Below are positions 27,108 through 40,370 of a stretch of 64,000 nt of DNA, in pieces. Numbering within the stretch: the first letter of the stretch is position 1; every line of letters starts with the position of its first letter. A program made the translations under genes and the position numbers. Source of the DNA: the human T2T-CHM13v2.0 reference genome, Homo sapiens; assembly GCF_009914755.1 (NCBI RefSeq), contig NC_060925.1; one strand, 5' to 3'. The notes under the pieces were generated by a model. The model did no database searches. It was not told the DNA's origin and saw only the letters and a program-made list of their open reading frames with translations.

Positions 27108-27143
27108 GAGAGAGAGAGAGAGAGAGAGAGAAAGAAAGAGAGA
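27108..27143. repeat. (GA)n microsatellite
   Basis: gagagagagagagagagagagagaaagaaagagagag. Confidence 0.9.
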
Positions 27144-27664
27144 GGACATCTGACCTGCCTAAGGTGCCAGATCTGGCTGCAACATGTCTCCTAGGTGCAT
27201 GAAGGAAAGGCAAGCAAAAGGGGAGCAGAACATGGGGTTTGGCCTTTAAACACACAGTGTCTCTGCCCATGGGAAAAAGCATTCTACTTGATGGATTAGG
27301 ATAATAGCTTTCCCTCCTTTTGGAGAGAAGCAAGGGGTATAAGTGAGCAGAGAGGAAGAGAGAAAAGTGGTTGTGGGGAAAGAAAGCCAAGTGTTCTCCT
27401 CCTTGCCATGAGGACAAAAGAAGTGGGTTGTCCATATCTGTCTTGCTGATTAGTTGCTGATTTGGGCCCCGTGCTGAAATGTTTTTATTCCAATGGTGAT
27501 CAACTCACCCCAGTATAATTCAATTCAACAATTACTTATTAAGCACTCACTCTGGGCAAGGCACTGTTGTAGAATCAGGAAATGAGTGAGAGGTCTCTGT
27601 CATGAAGGAGCGTATGATTTGCTGTCAAACACTATAGGAGAAATGCAGCTATAGTAAGAAGTGC

Positions 27665-27838
27665 AGCAAAGTCTTCAGCCCTGGCTGCCCGTTAGAATCA
27701 CCTTGGGATGCTTCAGCGAAATACTGATCCCACTACCAGAGGTGCAGATTTAACTAGTATGAGATGAGATCCAGGCACTGGTGTTTTTATAATTTCCTCA
27801 TGAAATTCTGATGGGCAGCCAGGATTGAGAATCACTAT
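27665..27838. mobile_element. MER5-family hAT-Charlie MITE
   Basis: ttcagccctggctgcccgttagaatcacc...aattctgatgggcagccaggattgagaatcact. Confidence 0.7.
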
Positions 27839-28695
27839 GTTATGGAGCAGAGAGGAGCAAAGAGTAAGGGCCAAGGGAGGTGAGTGAGGAAAATTTAAGG
27901 CTGTTTTCAATGAGTTTTGAAGAATGGTTTGGATTCCCACATGTGGGGCTTGGGATGGGGAAGTCTTCCACAGTTGGGAAGAACCACATGAGTAGGACAC
28001 GAAGGTGAGAAAGCATGGGGCATGAACAAAGAATAGCTGGTCTGGTTTGTATGGTTCCCAGAGCACCTAAGGAGTAATGGAGAATACGCAGGAAAGTGGA
28101 GTGGAGACTGCATTGTCCAAGGGTTCACAGCAAGCATTGGTAGAACCAGAAGCAGAATGCAAGTTTCCTGACTCCTGGACCATACCAGGAAGCAGAGTCA
28201 ATAATCAGAACAGCAGTCATGGGGCATGATGAAGAAGCTGAGTTAGAGACTCTTCTTCATCTGGTTAAATCCCAGTGACCCAGGGCAGATATAAGCTGGG
28301 AACCAGAAAACACTTGTCAGTTTTATTGGTTTGAAGAGAATGAAGTGATCTGATTCCTTTGGGAACACAGGGATTAGGAAATGGTTTGACCATCAAGATG
28401 ATGGTAAATGACCATCTTAAATATAATGGAAACCAGAAATTAATTTACTTTTTCTAAGCCACATAGGTAGGAATTTGCCTGATTTCAAAGTCAGTGTTTT
28501 TCCCACTTAATTTAAATTCTCCTTTGTCTGGTACCCCCATTCTGGGTGTATACTATACTCCATACAGTCTGTGCATAGCTCTGTATTTTACAACCATCTT
28601 GTTTTATACTTATGTAATTATGACTCTGTTTATCTTATTAGATTGTGAGTTCCTTGAAGGTAGGGCCACATCAGATTCTAATCAAATCAAAATTA

Positions 28696-29067
<372 letters not shown>

Positions 29068-30821
29068 CTATAACAAAACCTCTCACGGAAGAGTGCTCAC
29101 CAACCCTGTGCCCTCTCTCACCTTTCTCTGTTGATTTAATTAATCCTTGCCTAGTCAGGCCAGTGTAAACCATAATCCAGGTATCGAATCTATCCCCTGG
29201 CCTCAGGGATGAATTGAGTTCTACGGTATTGATAAGATTCATCTGGATTAACCCCTGTAAATGTGATTTGTAAGTGGAAGAGAAAGTAATAAACCATGAC
29301 ATGGAGAGGCAATTTTTGATGCAGACAGATGGGTTTTAAACAGTAGGCATACAGCCAGGCAACTGGGCTGTAGATGAACAAGAATGTCAGTCCTAACATG
29401 GGCAATGGCCACTAAGCACATAGTTCCTGCATCTCAAGATCCAGGTCAGTAGGACCGCAGAATGTCAGCGTGAGACACACTGCTTAAGGTATATGACTAA
29501 ACAAACACCAGTAAAATAAACTTTAGGTTAAACTTACTGATGCAATCTTAAATTCCGTCCCCAAGCCGTGGTCAACTTCTAAAACTAGAGAAGCTGCTGC
29601 TGCGTGTCTCTGTCCTTGGTGCTGAAACAAAGCCCATCGCGTTGGTCCCTGCCCTTGAAGTGCCGGTTTTCCTGAGATGTTGTTGTGGTTGGGGGAGTGA
29701 TGGGATATAGCCCTCCACCCCACTTTTATGGGGGAGGAGGTGGTGGTGTTCAATACTAAATGTCCTAGATGTGTGCCTGGTTGACATGGATGTCTGAGAT
29801 AGGCCTGGGAAGACAGCCTCAGCTCTCCATCCTCCTTTATGCCGCTGACACTGCATATGCATATCTGAAGAATGGTTCTTATCACATAGTATTGGGACTG
29901 TAAATATCAGGCCTGACTTCAAAACTATGTTCTGTTCTCTCTTCCTTGCATCTTGCAGCTGCCTTGCTGTTTTGACCGTGATTTGCATTTTAAGGAATTA
30001 GGTTGACATGTTTATGGGTCTTTCCTAACACATAATACATTTATTCATCTTATCTCAATACCTAGTACAATATTGGCACATGGTGGATACTTAATAATTT
30101 TTTTGGATATAAAAATAAGAAGTTAACACTTGATTATCCTTGGAAAAGGTCTGGAGAGAAAAAAAACATTGACTGGGTAGAATTCTATTTTTCTCTACAC
30201 TGCCTTTTTCAGCAAGAAATGACATGATTTTACAAGGGTAAATAACATCAAAGTTTTATTAAATGCTCAACCAATCACTGCCCTATCATCACATTGAGGA
30301 TGGCCAGTGAGGTGAAAAGCCAATTCTCAAGAAAATTAGCCAAACAGCCTGAGATAATAATGTTAATATTTCACAAGTGTGTTTTTCTTTAAACTCTTCT
30401 GAAGTGTCATCATATACAACTCAATTTGATTACAACATGCATATGAGGTAGGTGAATTAAGAAGTAGAATCTCAATTATATGAGAAAAACTAAGGTTCAG
30501 AGACGTTAGTGTCTTGGCCAAGAAAAACATGTAAGTTATAACTGGTCTTGAAAAGAAAATCAAGGTCTCTTGATCTCTGATCCAGAGCTCATTTCATTGC
30601 TCTATAGAGATCAAGGTAAAATTAAGACAAAGGCCTCAGAATCTTAGGTGCTCCTCTTAGCAGTGCTCGTAGAATCTTTGGGTTTTTGAGACACTTTCAG
30701 GGCAGTGTCTTGATAGAAATCATTTCCTCCCAGTTATATAAGTGCTCTTCTTTTCATGGGTACCAACAGATACAGCCAAATTATCTGTATGTGCCTTTAT
30801 TCTATTTGGTGATCTTAATTT

Positions 30822-30892
30822 ACTCCAGATAAGTCTTGCTCCCTGCCTTAAATTTATTGACACTCCAGATAAGTCTTGCCCCTGCCTTAAAT
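30822..30892. repeat. 31-32-bp direct duplication with 8-bp spacer
   Basis: actccagataagtcttgc(t)ccctgccttaaat at 30822-30853 and 30862-30892. Confidence 0.9.
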
Positions 30893-31549
30893 AATTTTGT
30901 TTAAAATTTTATTTATTTGCCTTGGTCATTCTTAAATTCAGGCAAAATGCTATGGACTCTTTCAACACTGGCCAAAAATTAAACAGATCCAATCTGTATT
31001 GAATGCCTAACACACATTTATGCATTCAATTTTTAATGATTTTTTTTACCTTCTTAGTTATTTGCTTTCCTGTGGGAAAGCTATAAAGGGACCCCAAAAT
31101 GATGAAATCCTAGAGGGACTTACAGTATTGTTGGGAGACATGCTATAAAGCTGTGAAGTGCTTAGTCATAATAATAGTTTAAGACAAAAGTACGAGAGCG
31201 ATTGCAAGGCAGCACTTGACTGATTGTCAAATAAGTGGTGCAGATAAGGATTCCATGGTTTTGAGATATTATATATTGATTTCAGGAGATTGAATTGGAC
31301 TGGGTACAGTCCAATACCAAGGGGTAAATAAGTATAAGCAAGGCACTAACAAAAATTTCCACCAAAATATAATGAGGGCAATCCCTTTGACAGGCTTTGA
31401 GGAAAAGAAGAAGAAAGATGGAAAGACGCTAGTTTATCCTGAATCTCGGGAAGTAAAAGGAAAAATTTTATAACTATGAGGCAGAAGTAAACTATAGTTG
31501 TAGTCTCTTGAACATTAAGTAGGAAAAAATTAGAGATACCATTTATTTA

Positions 31550-32330
31550 TTTTAAAATTTTTTATTGAGCCTATTTTGTTTTCTTCTCCAGGGCCAGGAA
31601 TACAATGGTGGCCCTCATAGCTGTGGCTCTTGCTCTCTTGGCTCTTACAACTGGGCCGTGTGAATCCATAAGTTGCTATGGGAGCACAGAGGAAACTTCT
31701 AGCTCAACTGCCTTGAGGGCTAGTAAAGTCTTTCTAGAGGAAGTGACATTTTAGTTGAGACCTAAAGTTCAGGTAGGAAATAGCTAATTAAGGAAGGCTG
31801 GGAGTATCAAAAAGATTGTTCCAAGCAGAGAAAACAGCATGCATGATGGCACAAAAGTGAAAGAGCATTTGGTCTATTTTGCAAAAGAAAAGCTAAGTTT
31901 GCTAGAGCCTACTGTTTGAAGCAGGAAGCTGTAAGGGTTAAGGCTGGAGAAATAAGCAGGAACCAAATTATGCAGGACTTGGGGCTTTCAGCATAAAACT
32001 AGGGCCTGGAGAAGAGAGGAGGAAATAAGATCTTGAAGGGTTTTATCCAGAAAATGGCATAAGATTTGCACCTGTGAAAGGTTTCTCTGGGTGCTATGTG
32101 GGGAGTAGATTGGAAGGGGCAAACAGCCTAATTAGAAAGCTGTGTCAATCATTTGGGCAGGAATCGATGGTGCTGAATTACAGCAGTAGCCATGGAAATG
32201 GAGAGAAGAGCGTGAGTTTGACAGATATTTAGGAGTCAGACTCTGTAAGATTGATCATGGCTTAGGTGTGGAGGATAAGAGAGAGGGAGGAATGGAGGAT
32301 GCTTCTTCCAGGTTTCTGGCCTTACTGTAT
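31550..32330. mobile_element. L2 LINE fragment
   Basis: tttattgagcctatt...gaggaagtgacattttagttgagacctaaag...ggaaatggagagaag...ccaggtttctggc. Confidence 0.65.
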
Positions 32331-33989
32331 TGCAAATGCATTCTGCTCGTCACTGAGTCATCAAAGGAATTAATGTGGGCCTGGACTCTCTAAGTGGCTT
32401 ATTTGGCTGAGTGATCTATAGATGAATGCACACCTTTCCACCCCAAGTTCCTATTGCTGCTCTCATCTCTATCTGCCATATCTCATTTCTCTCATGGGTT
32501 CTTACCTAAATCCCAGGAAAACTCAGATTGGGGGTGAAAGGTGGTGGAGGGGAAGAATAACTAGAAGATTTAAGATGATCACTTCATTGAATTTGCTTTT
32601 ATCTTTCCAAAGGACAAGTTTTCCCCCTGCCTTTGGTCTGCTCCACAGAATGAATTCCCTTTTCTGGTTTTGTCTGCTGCTCACAGAGACAGAACAGTGC
32701 TACTCGGAGAAATAAACAAACAATTCTCTGCTTTGTGGCTGGCAAGGAGGGCCTGACCTTCACTACTCAATGGCAAAGAAAATGTGATCTCTCCTCCCTC
32801 CTAAAGGCCTCCAGGTTCCTTTTCCTAGCAGACTGGAAGGAGGAGCCAAAGGAAGCCCAGAACTGGCTCTGGGCAGGGAACCTCCGCCCCTTCACCTACT
32901 TAGCTGAAAATCTGTTAGAGGTAAAATAAACATTATAGCAGAACTGTCATCTGCTAATCGAGATGTGTAGGTGAGAGGGAACCCTGGGGAGTCCAGAGAG
33001 AGATGTCCGACAGATGGCTTAGCTTCCGGTGGACAGAGAGGGCCCCTGGACCACAGCACAGGAGCCAGGAAAATTATGTAGGTAATTAAGCTCAGGCTTT
33101 TGGTATGGAAGGTCAGGAGGGAAGCTTTGAGAGGCACCTTTTTAAACAGCATCTTTAACCGGCTCTCATTTTAGAAAAAGCCTGGATGGATTCTCTAACT
33201 GTTCCCTTTCTGCATTAGAATCCAGAAAGATATAGCTTTAAGTCTGCAGTGGAAATGGCAATGCTGCTGGAGACATCAATTTTGTGTGTTTCTGAGACCG
33301 ACTAACATTCGTTCCAAGAGAGCTTTCCCCACATGCTGGGGTGAGGTGTGACAGAAATGTGACAGAGGCCCTTGTTTCCACCAGCTTTTCAAAACATTCC
33401 TGAGAAGTTTGATCTTGCTTGGCAGGAGCTTCTTGCCGGCTGTGCTGGTAAAATAACGAGGAGTCCCCATTTGTGAGCTGTTTTTCATCCTGGTGGCACT
33501 TTTCAAAGCACTGCATCATTAGCCAGGCTGGAAATGGTTTTCAAAGACTGCTTTGCTCAAGCAGGCAGTGCAGGGTCAGAGGCAGTGCAGAGTCAGAGAG
33601 GCTGTAGGTGGCCAGAGGACAGTGCGTGGGGGTTTTGTGCCCTGTGAGAAGCCTCAGAACAATCCTCCTTGTGGCTGCACTATTCTCAGAATTGGCAAGG
33701 ATGGAGCAGAGGCCCTCAGTGTCTCCTGGGTCATTTTGTAATGTGTCCTAAGAAAGATAGGGCAAGAAAAGAAGGTTATGACATGCAAGTGGGGTTGGAG
33801 AAATAATAGCAAAGATTATTCTCTCTTCCATCTGTGTAGGGTGGTGTGGGCTGGGAAACTTTATGAAGTTTAATCTACAACCTCCAACTTCACCTTTTGT
33901 CTCATATCAGAAATTATCAGCTACTGAACCCAGACCTGTGAATGGGGAAACCCACGGAGTGCATGGAGGAAGTCAATATGCTCTGATTA

Positions 33990-34195
33990 TAGAGATTTCC
34001 AAACCCAAATGCTGATATTCTCAAACTTTGGTCTATATCCCAGTCACCTAGATTGGTTTTTTTTTTTTAAAGTAAATTTTCAGAGTTGGCTTTAGAGTCC
34101 CTGAATCTGATTCTCCAGGTTGAGAACAGGCCACAGGAATTTTTAATGAGCCCTTTGAGGGCATGAAATGCACATGGAAGTTTGAGAATCATTGT
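33990..34195. mobile_element. MER5-family MITE
   Basis: ttctcaaactttgg...ctgaatctgattctcc...cacatggaagtttgagaatcattg. Confidence 0.6.
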
Positions 34196-35340
34196 ATTGG
34201 AGCTGCTGTATTTATCTTTATCCTTTTTTTCTTTGTTTGCATTTGTTCTTGAAAATTCTGCTTTCCTCAGGCATTAGAGGGGCCCAGGGACATCCAACTG
34301 AGCGTGGGTGTGTGCCACAGCAAAGGTATTTGAGAACTCCAGCGGAGGAGTGCTGGGGACTCAGGTTCAAAACTAAGGCCTCCTCAGGCGAGGCAGCCAG
34401 GTCACTGCTGGAAATGCAGAGGGGGCTGTCAGGCCATCTCAGACAGCTGGGAGTGCAGGCTCTGATTCACAAATGTCAGGGCTGCTGAGGAAGCCTCTCT
34501 GGAGAGCTGCTTGCTCCCAAAGAATGAGATAATAATTGCATTGAAAATTACGGAGAAGCAGAAGACTTGTAGAACACATTGGAAATTTTAATCACTTTCT
34601 CAGAATGGCTGTAACATTCTCTTTAGCCCTTCCTAGGTGTGTCCTAAGCCTCCCTCATTCTAGCTGACAGGTAATTAGTGCTCTGGCTTGGGAGAAAGAT
34701 GCACACTTCTCAGATCAAGTAAGATAATGCACATGAAGACACTGCAAAGACTGTAAGGACCACAGTGGAAGGGCTAGCTCTGAATCCCTGCATGGCTCAT
34801 ATGCTGGGGACAGCATGCCCTATCATCTCATAACATTGCTCTTGCTGCCCTCCCGCTGTCCAGAATGCCCTCTGTGCTTTCTCCCCCTGTGAATTCTCCC
34901 TCATTTCTCAAGGCTGAGCTCAAATGAAACTGCTCTAGAGTCATTCATTTTCCCCGGCAGAACTAAGCATTCTGTGCCCACTGCTACTAAGGCCACTGGA
35001 AAAAGGCTGCATGGTCTCTGGTACGTTGTAGGCCTGATAAATATTCTCATTCAGTTGCCTGATAAATTTCTCTTCCTTCAGCTCACCACTTCTTGATTTG
35101 CATGTCTGTCTCCTCTTCAGCATAAGAAATGAGCTTATTCTTCTTGGTATTCTCAATGAGTATGGAAAGCCAACTAGTAGGTGCTCAGTAAATGGCTGTT
35201 GAATGAAAACAATAAGTATCAGTTAGAAAAGGTGACCTGAAAGAGGTGAGGCGAAAAGAAATTATTTGCTTTGTTACACAGAGCCCTCCTGGAATGCTAT
35301 ATTGATCTAATGTTTAATCTAAGAACAGCATGGAAGGAGA

Positions 35341-35691
35341 TTTTCTTTTTTTTTTTCAGTTTCTTTTTTTAAATTTTATTTATTTTTTATTTATTTTTAT
35401 TTTACTTTAAGTTCTAGGGTACATGAGCACAAAGTGCAGGTTCGTTACATATGTATACATGTGCCATGTTGGCGTGCTGCCCCCCTTAACTCGCCTTTTA
35501 CATTAGGTATTTCTCCTAATGCTATCCCTCCCCCCTTCCCCCACCCCAGGACAGGCCCTGGTGTGTGATGTTCCCCACCCTGTGTCCAAGTCTTATCATT
35601 GTTCAATTCCCACCTATGAGTGAGAACATGCGGTGTTTGGTTTTCTGTCCTTGCGATAGTTTGCTCAGAATGATGGTTTCCAGCTTCATCC
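35341..35691 (-). mobile_element. L1PA 3' fragment (~L1PA4-6)
   Basis: T-rich tail followed by tactttaagttctagggtacatg...caattcccacctatgagtgagaacatgcggtgtttgg...ggtttccagcttcatcc. Confidence 0.93.
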
Positions 35692-36159
35692 TAATTCCAA
35701 TGCATAAGCCACTAAAAAATACCCTGGCCAACATACCTAGATTCTAATGTCATACTATCCTGGTGGTAAATGGTGATGCTTCATGCTGTATTCATTTCTA
35801 GTTCAACATAGTTTATGAAGCGGCCTCTTCATGCCTCAGTTTTTCCATCTGCACTGTGGGACAGAGCAAATCGTGACTATCATGAGTAATCCTGCCTTCT
35901 CTCCTCTGATATCTTCGGAAGAAGGCAGATGTCACTGGAGGTGGGTGTGTGTAGCTCAGAAAAACAGAGCCATTTGTCACATGTAGTGACAGGCACTAAG
36001 GGCAGGGCTTGAGAGGAGAAAAGAGAGTGAGAGAGAGAATCAGAATTGCATCTTTTTTTCTTAATTTTACTCTGGTACCCACTCCACATGGAATTATCCT
36101 AACGGGCACATAGGAGGAGAGACTAGCATTTACTGCACAGCTAGCACATTACGGGAAAC

Positions 36160-36640
36160 TTTTATTTAAAGTGGGATCCTCAGACCAACAACATTGACAC
36201 CGCCTGGCGCTATCTCGGCTCACTGCAACTTCTGCCTCCCGCATGCAAGTGCCTGCACCAGCCTCTGTCGCCAGGCCGCAGTGCAGTGGTGCGATCTTCA
36301 CTACAACCTCCGCCTTCCGGGCTCAAGCGATTCTCCTGGCCCAGCCTCGCTAGTAGCTGGGACTACAGGCGCGCGCCACCACGCCCAGCTAATTTTTGTA
36401 TTTTTAGTAGAGACAGGTTTCACCATGTTGGTCAGGATGGTCTCAATCTCTTGACCTCGTGATCCGCCCGCTTTGGCCTCCCAAAGTGCTGGGATTACAG
36501 GCGCGAGCCACCGCGCCCAGCTAGGAACTTCTTAAAGATGCAGAATCTAAGTTCCCATCCTAGATTTACTGAATCGGAATCTGGCTTTTAATAAGATCTA
36601 CCGGTGATTCATATGCATATTAAAATTTGAGAAGCACAAG
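36160..36640. mobile_element. MER5A-like MITE split by the atypical Alu
   Basis: aaagtgggatcctcagaccaacaacattgacaccgcctgg | gaacttcttaaagatgcagaatct...ggtgattcatatgcatattaaaatttgagaagcac. Confidence 0.75.
36206..36522 (-). mobile_element. AluSc-like insertion lacking polyA tail and TSD, with an extra right-arm fragment
   Basis: AluSc-type tctgtcgccagg and caggatggtctcaatctcttgacctcgtga; no T-run at the left end, where 36206-36241 instead repeats right-arm sequence. Confidence 0.85.
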
Positions 36641-37234
36641 CATAGAGTAGTTTCAAAAACGTTTGTGAGAGTAAAAGGAGAAGTGGGGAAGAAAAGATGC
36701 AGAGGATGTTTAAAAGATATTCTGCCCACCAGGATATAGTGAAATGGAATACATTTTCTCATGCAAATAACTAGAAAAATGCTATGGTGAGGTGGTGGGA
36801 GAAAGGGAGGAAGGACTTTTATTTAGCTGCAGACTCACTCAGGGAGTTGACAGAAAAAACATCAATGTGTGAGCTCAGACCAAAGCAGCGTACCCACCCA
36901 GCACAATGAGACAGGAGCCTAACAGAGCTTGGAGGCGTGTTGGCTGCTCTTCTGGCCCTGGGCCTTCAGATCTCCTACGGTGTACCCGCCCAGACCTGCC
37001 CTGTCATTCACCATGGTAGCAGGATACCCAGGACCTTGCCCCAGGGGTGGTCATGGAGGTGGTGGGGTGTCAGTGTGATCTAGTTCTGTTTAACGATGAA
37101 TTCTCTTGTCTTCATTTAATTGGAGTCTTAAACTGAATTTCCTCTACCAAATGTAGGGACTTGGTTTGGAAGCCTCTCTGTGGGAAGCACAGTACACTCA
37201 TGTGTGTATGTGTCTGTGTGCATGCATTCAGGTC

Positions 37235-39970
37235 TTTGAGATATAATTTACACATAATAAAATGCACAGATTTTAAGTGCTCAGTTTGATGAGTTTTGAC
37301 AATTGTATGCACACATCCATGTATATGCCAACCAAACTACGTATTTTCATTACTCCAGAGAGTTTCTATTTGTCTCTTTCCAATCAATCCTTCTGTCTCT
37401 CCACCCACTTGGAGGCAAAGGGTTCTGGTTTTTATTCCCATAGGGAGTTCTAGTTGGTCCATGTCTTTGCCCCAACGGTTGGTGTTATCGATCTTCGTGA
37501 TTTTTAGCCATTCTAGTGGGTATTAAATGGTTTCATTGTGATTTCAATTTACATTTCCCTGATGACTCATAATGTTGAGCCCTTTTCATGTGTATATTGT
37601 CCATTTATATATCTCTTTTTGTGAAATGTCTGTGCAAATCTATGGCCTCTTTTTAAAAATGTTACCTTTTATTGTTGATTTGTAGGAATTGTTTACACAT
37701 TTTAGATATACATCCTTGTCAGATGTATGCATTGCAAATTTTTTCCCCAGACTTCGGGTTCCCTATTCATTTTCTTGATTTTTGATTAGCAGAAAAATTT
37801 TAATATTTATGAAGTACAATGATTTTTTAATATTTATGAAGTACAATGTATCATTTTTTCTTATTAGTCAGTGCTTTTTGTGTCCACAGAAATCTTGCCT
37901 TCCTCAAGGTTTCAGAGATATTCTTCTATGCTTTCTTTTTGAAATTTTGTGGTTCTAGCTTTTACATTTTGGTCTGTGATCCATCCCAAATTAGTTTTTG
38001 TGTAAAGTGTAAAACAGAGGTTGAGGTTTGTTTTATTCCATACAGAAATTTGTATGGAATAAAACACTTTGGGCTTTGGCTAAAAGCCAGTTAACTTTGT
38101 ATGGGGAACTATTTTTGGACTATGTGTTCTGTTCCATTGGATTGATCTGTCTATCCTTATTCCAGTGCCACACAGTTTAATAACTGTATTTTAATGAAAT
38201 TCTTGAAATCAAGTAGTGTAAGCCTTCCAACTCCCTCATCTTTTTAAAGTTTAGCTATTCTAAACCCTTTACATTTCCATAAAAATCATAGAATTAGCTT
38301 GTCATATTTCTTTTCAAAAGCCTGTGGCATTTTGACTGTTTTTTAAAAAATTGAATCCATAGGTTAATATGAAAGACTGGCTATCTTAACAATATTGAGT
38401 CTTGTAATTCACGGACATGTTTGTTTATTTAAGTCTCTAATTTCTCTTAGCAATGTTTGTGATTGTCAGTGTAGGCATCTTTTGTACCTTTCATTAGTCT
38501 TCTAGATATTAAATCTTTTCGATATTATTATGAATAATTGTTTTAATTTGATTTTTTACTTGTTTTTGACTACTATGTAGAAATTCAATTGATTTTCACA
38601 TATAGAAGTCGATTTATATTTGAATGTTGAACCAACTTTGCATTCCTGGTACGAACTCACTTAGATTATGTTATAGATATGTGGATATTATTTTCTAACA
38701 CTTTATTAGTGATATTCATGTCTGTATTCACAAGGGACTCATGGTCTGAAGTTTTGTTTTCTTGTAATGTCTTTGTCAGGTTTTGATGTCAAGATTGTGC
38801 TGGCTTTCTAAAATGAGTTTGGAAGTATTCCTAGCTCCTATATTTTCTGAGTTTATGTAACATTAGTATTATTTCTTCCCTAAATATTTGATTAAATTTA
38901 CTGTTGAACTATCTGGGGCTAAAGTTTCCTTTGTGGGAATATTTTTGAATATAAACTTAATTTCTTCTTTTATCATACATATTTATGGCTATTAAGATTT
39001 TCTATGTCTTGTCGCAGTTTTGGTAATTTGTGTCTTTTGAGGAATTTGTCCACTTAATCTAAATTGCCAAATATACTGACATAAAGTTGTTCATCATATG
39101 GCTTTATTCTCCTTTTAATGTGTATAGTATCTACAGTGTTGTCCCCTCCTTCATTTCTGATACCAAAAATTTGTATTTTCTTTTTATTCTTGATGAGTGT
39201 CTGGATTACGACTGCTGCTTAACAAATTATCCCTAGCATTAGCAGCTTAAGACCACAAATTTAATTTACTCATGGTTTTGTGGGGCTGAAATTTGAGAAA
39301 AGCTCAGCTGAACAGTTCTCACTTGGAGCCTTTAATGTCATTGAATTCAGTTGTCAGTTGGGGCTCCAGTCATGTGAGACTCAACTAGGCAGGATGCCCA
39401 AGATGGCTTCCTTACATGGCTGGCAGCTGGTGCCTGCTGTTGGCTGGGAGCTCAGCTGGGGCTGTTGATGGAGTGTTTACATGTGGCCTCTCCAGCTTAG
39501 CAGCTGTCTTCTTCCAGAGCAAGCATCCCAAGAGAACCAGTTGGAAGTTGTTTGGCTTTTCCTAACATAGATTGAAAGTAAAACATTGCCATGTTCACCA
39601 AATTTTACTGGTTACAAGCAAGTCACCGAGGCCAGCCCAAATTAAGAGGAAGAAATATAGAGTCCATTTCTTGATGGAAAGAGCATCAAAAATTTTAAAT
39701 CGCATTTTATAATCTTCACAGCAGTCTAGGTGGGGATTACCAATTTTATTCATCTTTTCTAATAATAAATGTTTGCACTGATTTTATCTGTTTGTCCATT
39801 TTTTATTTAATTGATTTCTGTCCTTATTTTTGTTACTTATTTTCTTCTACTTACTTTAGATTTAATTTGCTCTTCCTTTTCCAGCTTTTAAGATGGAAGT
39901 AAACTTAGATCACTGATTTTATGTCTTCCTTCTTCTTATGATAAAGACATTGACAACTACCAATTTCTGA
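37235..39970 (-). mobile_element. Old L1M (L1MC/ME-like) 3'UTR and ORF2 fragments, interrupted by an MLT1
   Basis: gagatataatttacacataataaaatgcacagattttaagtg...ttttagccattctagtggg...ttgaaccaactttgcattcctgg...; internal ~27-bp tandem duplication at 37798-37848. Confidence 0.8.
39199..39720 (-). mobile_element. Older MLT1 (H/J/K-like) LTR nested in L1M
   Basis: ctgctgcttaacaaattatccc...ccaagatggcttccttacatggctggcagctggtgcctgctgttggctgggagctcagctgggg. Confidence 0.7.
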
Positions 39971-40099
39971 AGTATTATAAATTTGTATTTTGTTGTCTGT
40001 TTGTTACATAGTCTGTACTGTAGGTTCATACAGGCAGCCAGCTTCAGGGTGCCAGCAGGCCATAGGAGTTAGAACTGACTACACTGCTCTTTTCTAGAG

Positions 40100-40370
40100 T
40101 ATACTGGTTAAGAGCATAGACCTGAAGCCATGTTGTCTGGGTTTAATCCCACCTTGGCACTCACCAGCTACATGATCTTGTCAAATTGCTTAGCCTCTTT
40201 GTGCCTCCATTTCCTCTCAAATCATAGATTAACAGATTACTGACAGGCTGAATTCAAATCTATTAAGTAAAATAATGTGTAAAGTGGGGATGGTAATCAT
40301 GATATCTACCTCAAAGGTTGTTATGAGGGTTAAAGGAGTCGGGATTTGTAAAGTGTTCAGAATACAATTT
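40100..40370 (+). mobile_element. MIR SINE
   Basis: ggttaagagcatagac...tctgggtttaatccc...tacctcaaaggttgttatgagggttaaa. Confidence 0.65.

Noticed and set aside
29523-29988. Overlapping 120- and 138-aa ORFs as a processed pseudogene
   Set aside because: No recognisable homology, polyA tail or TSD
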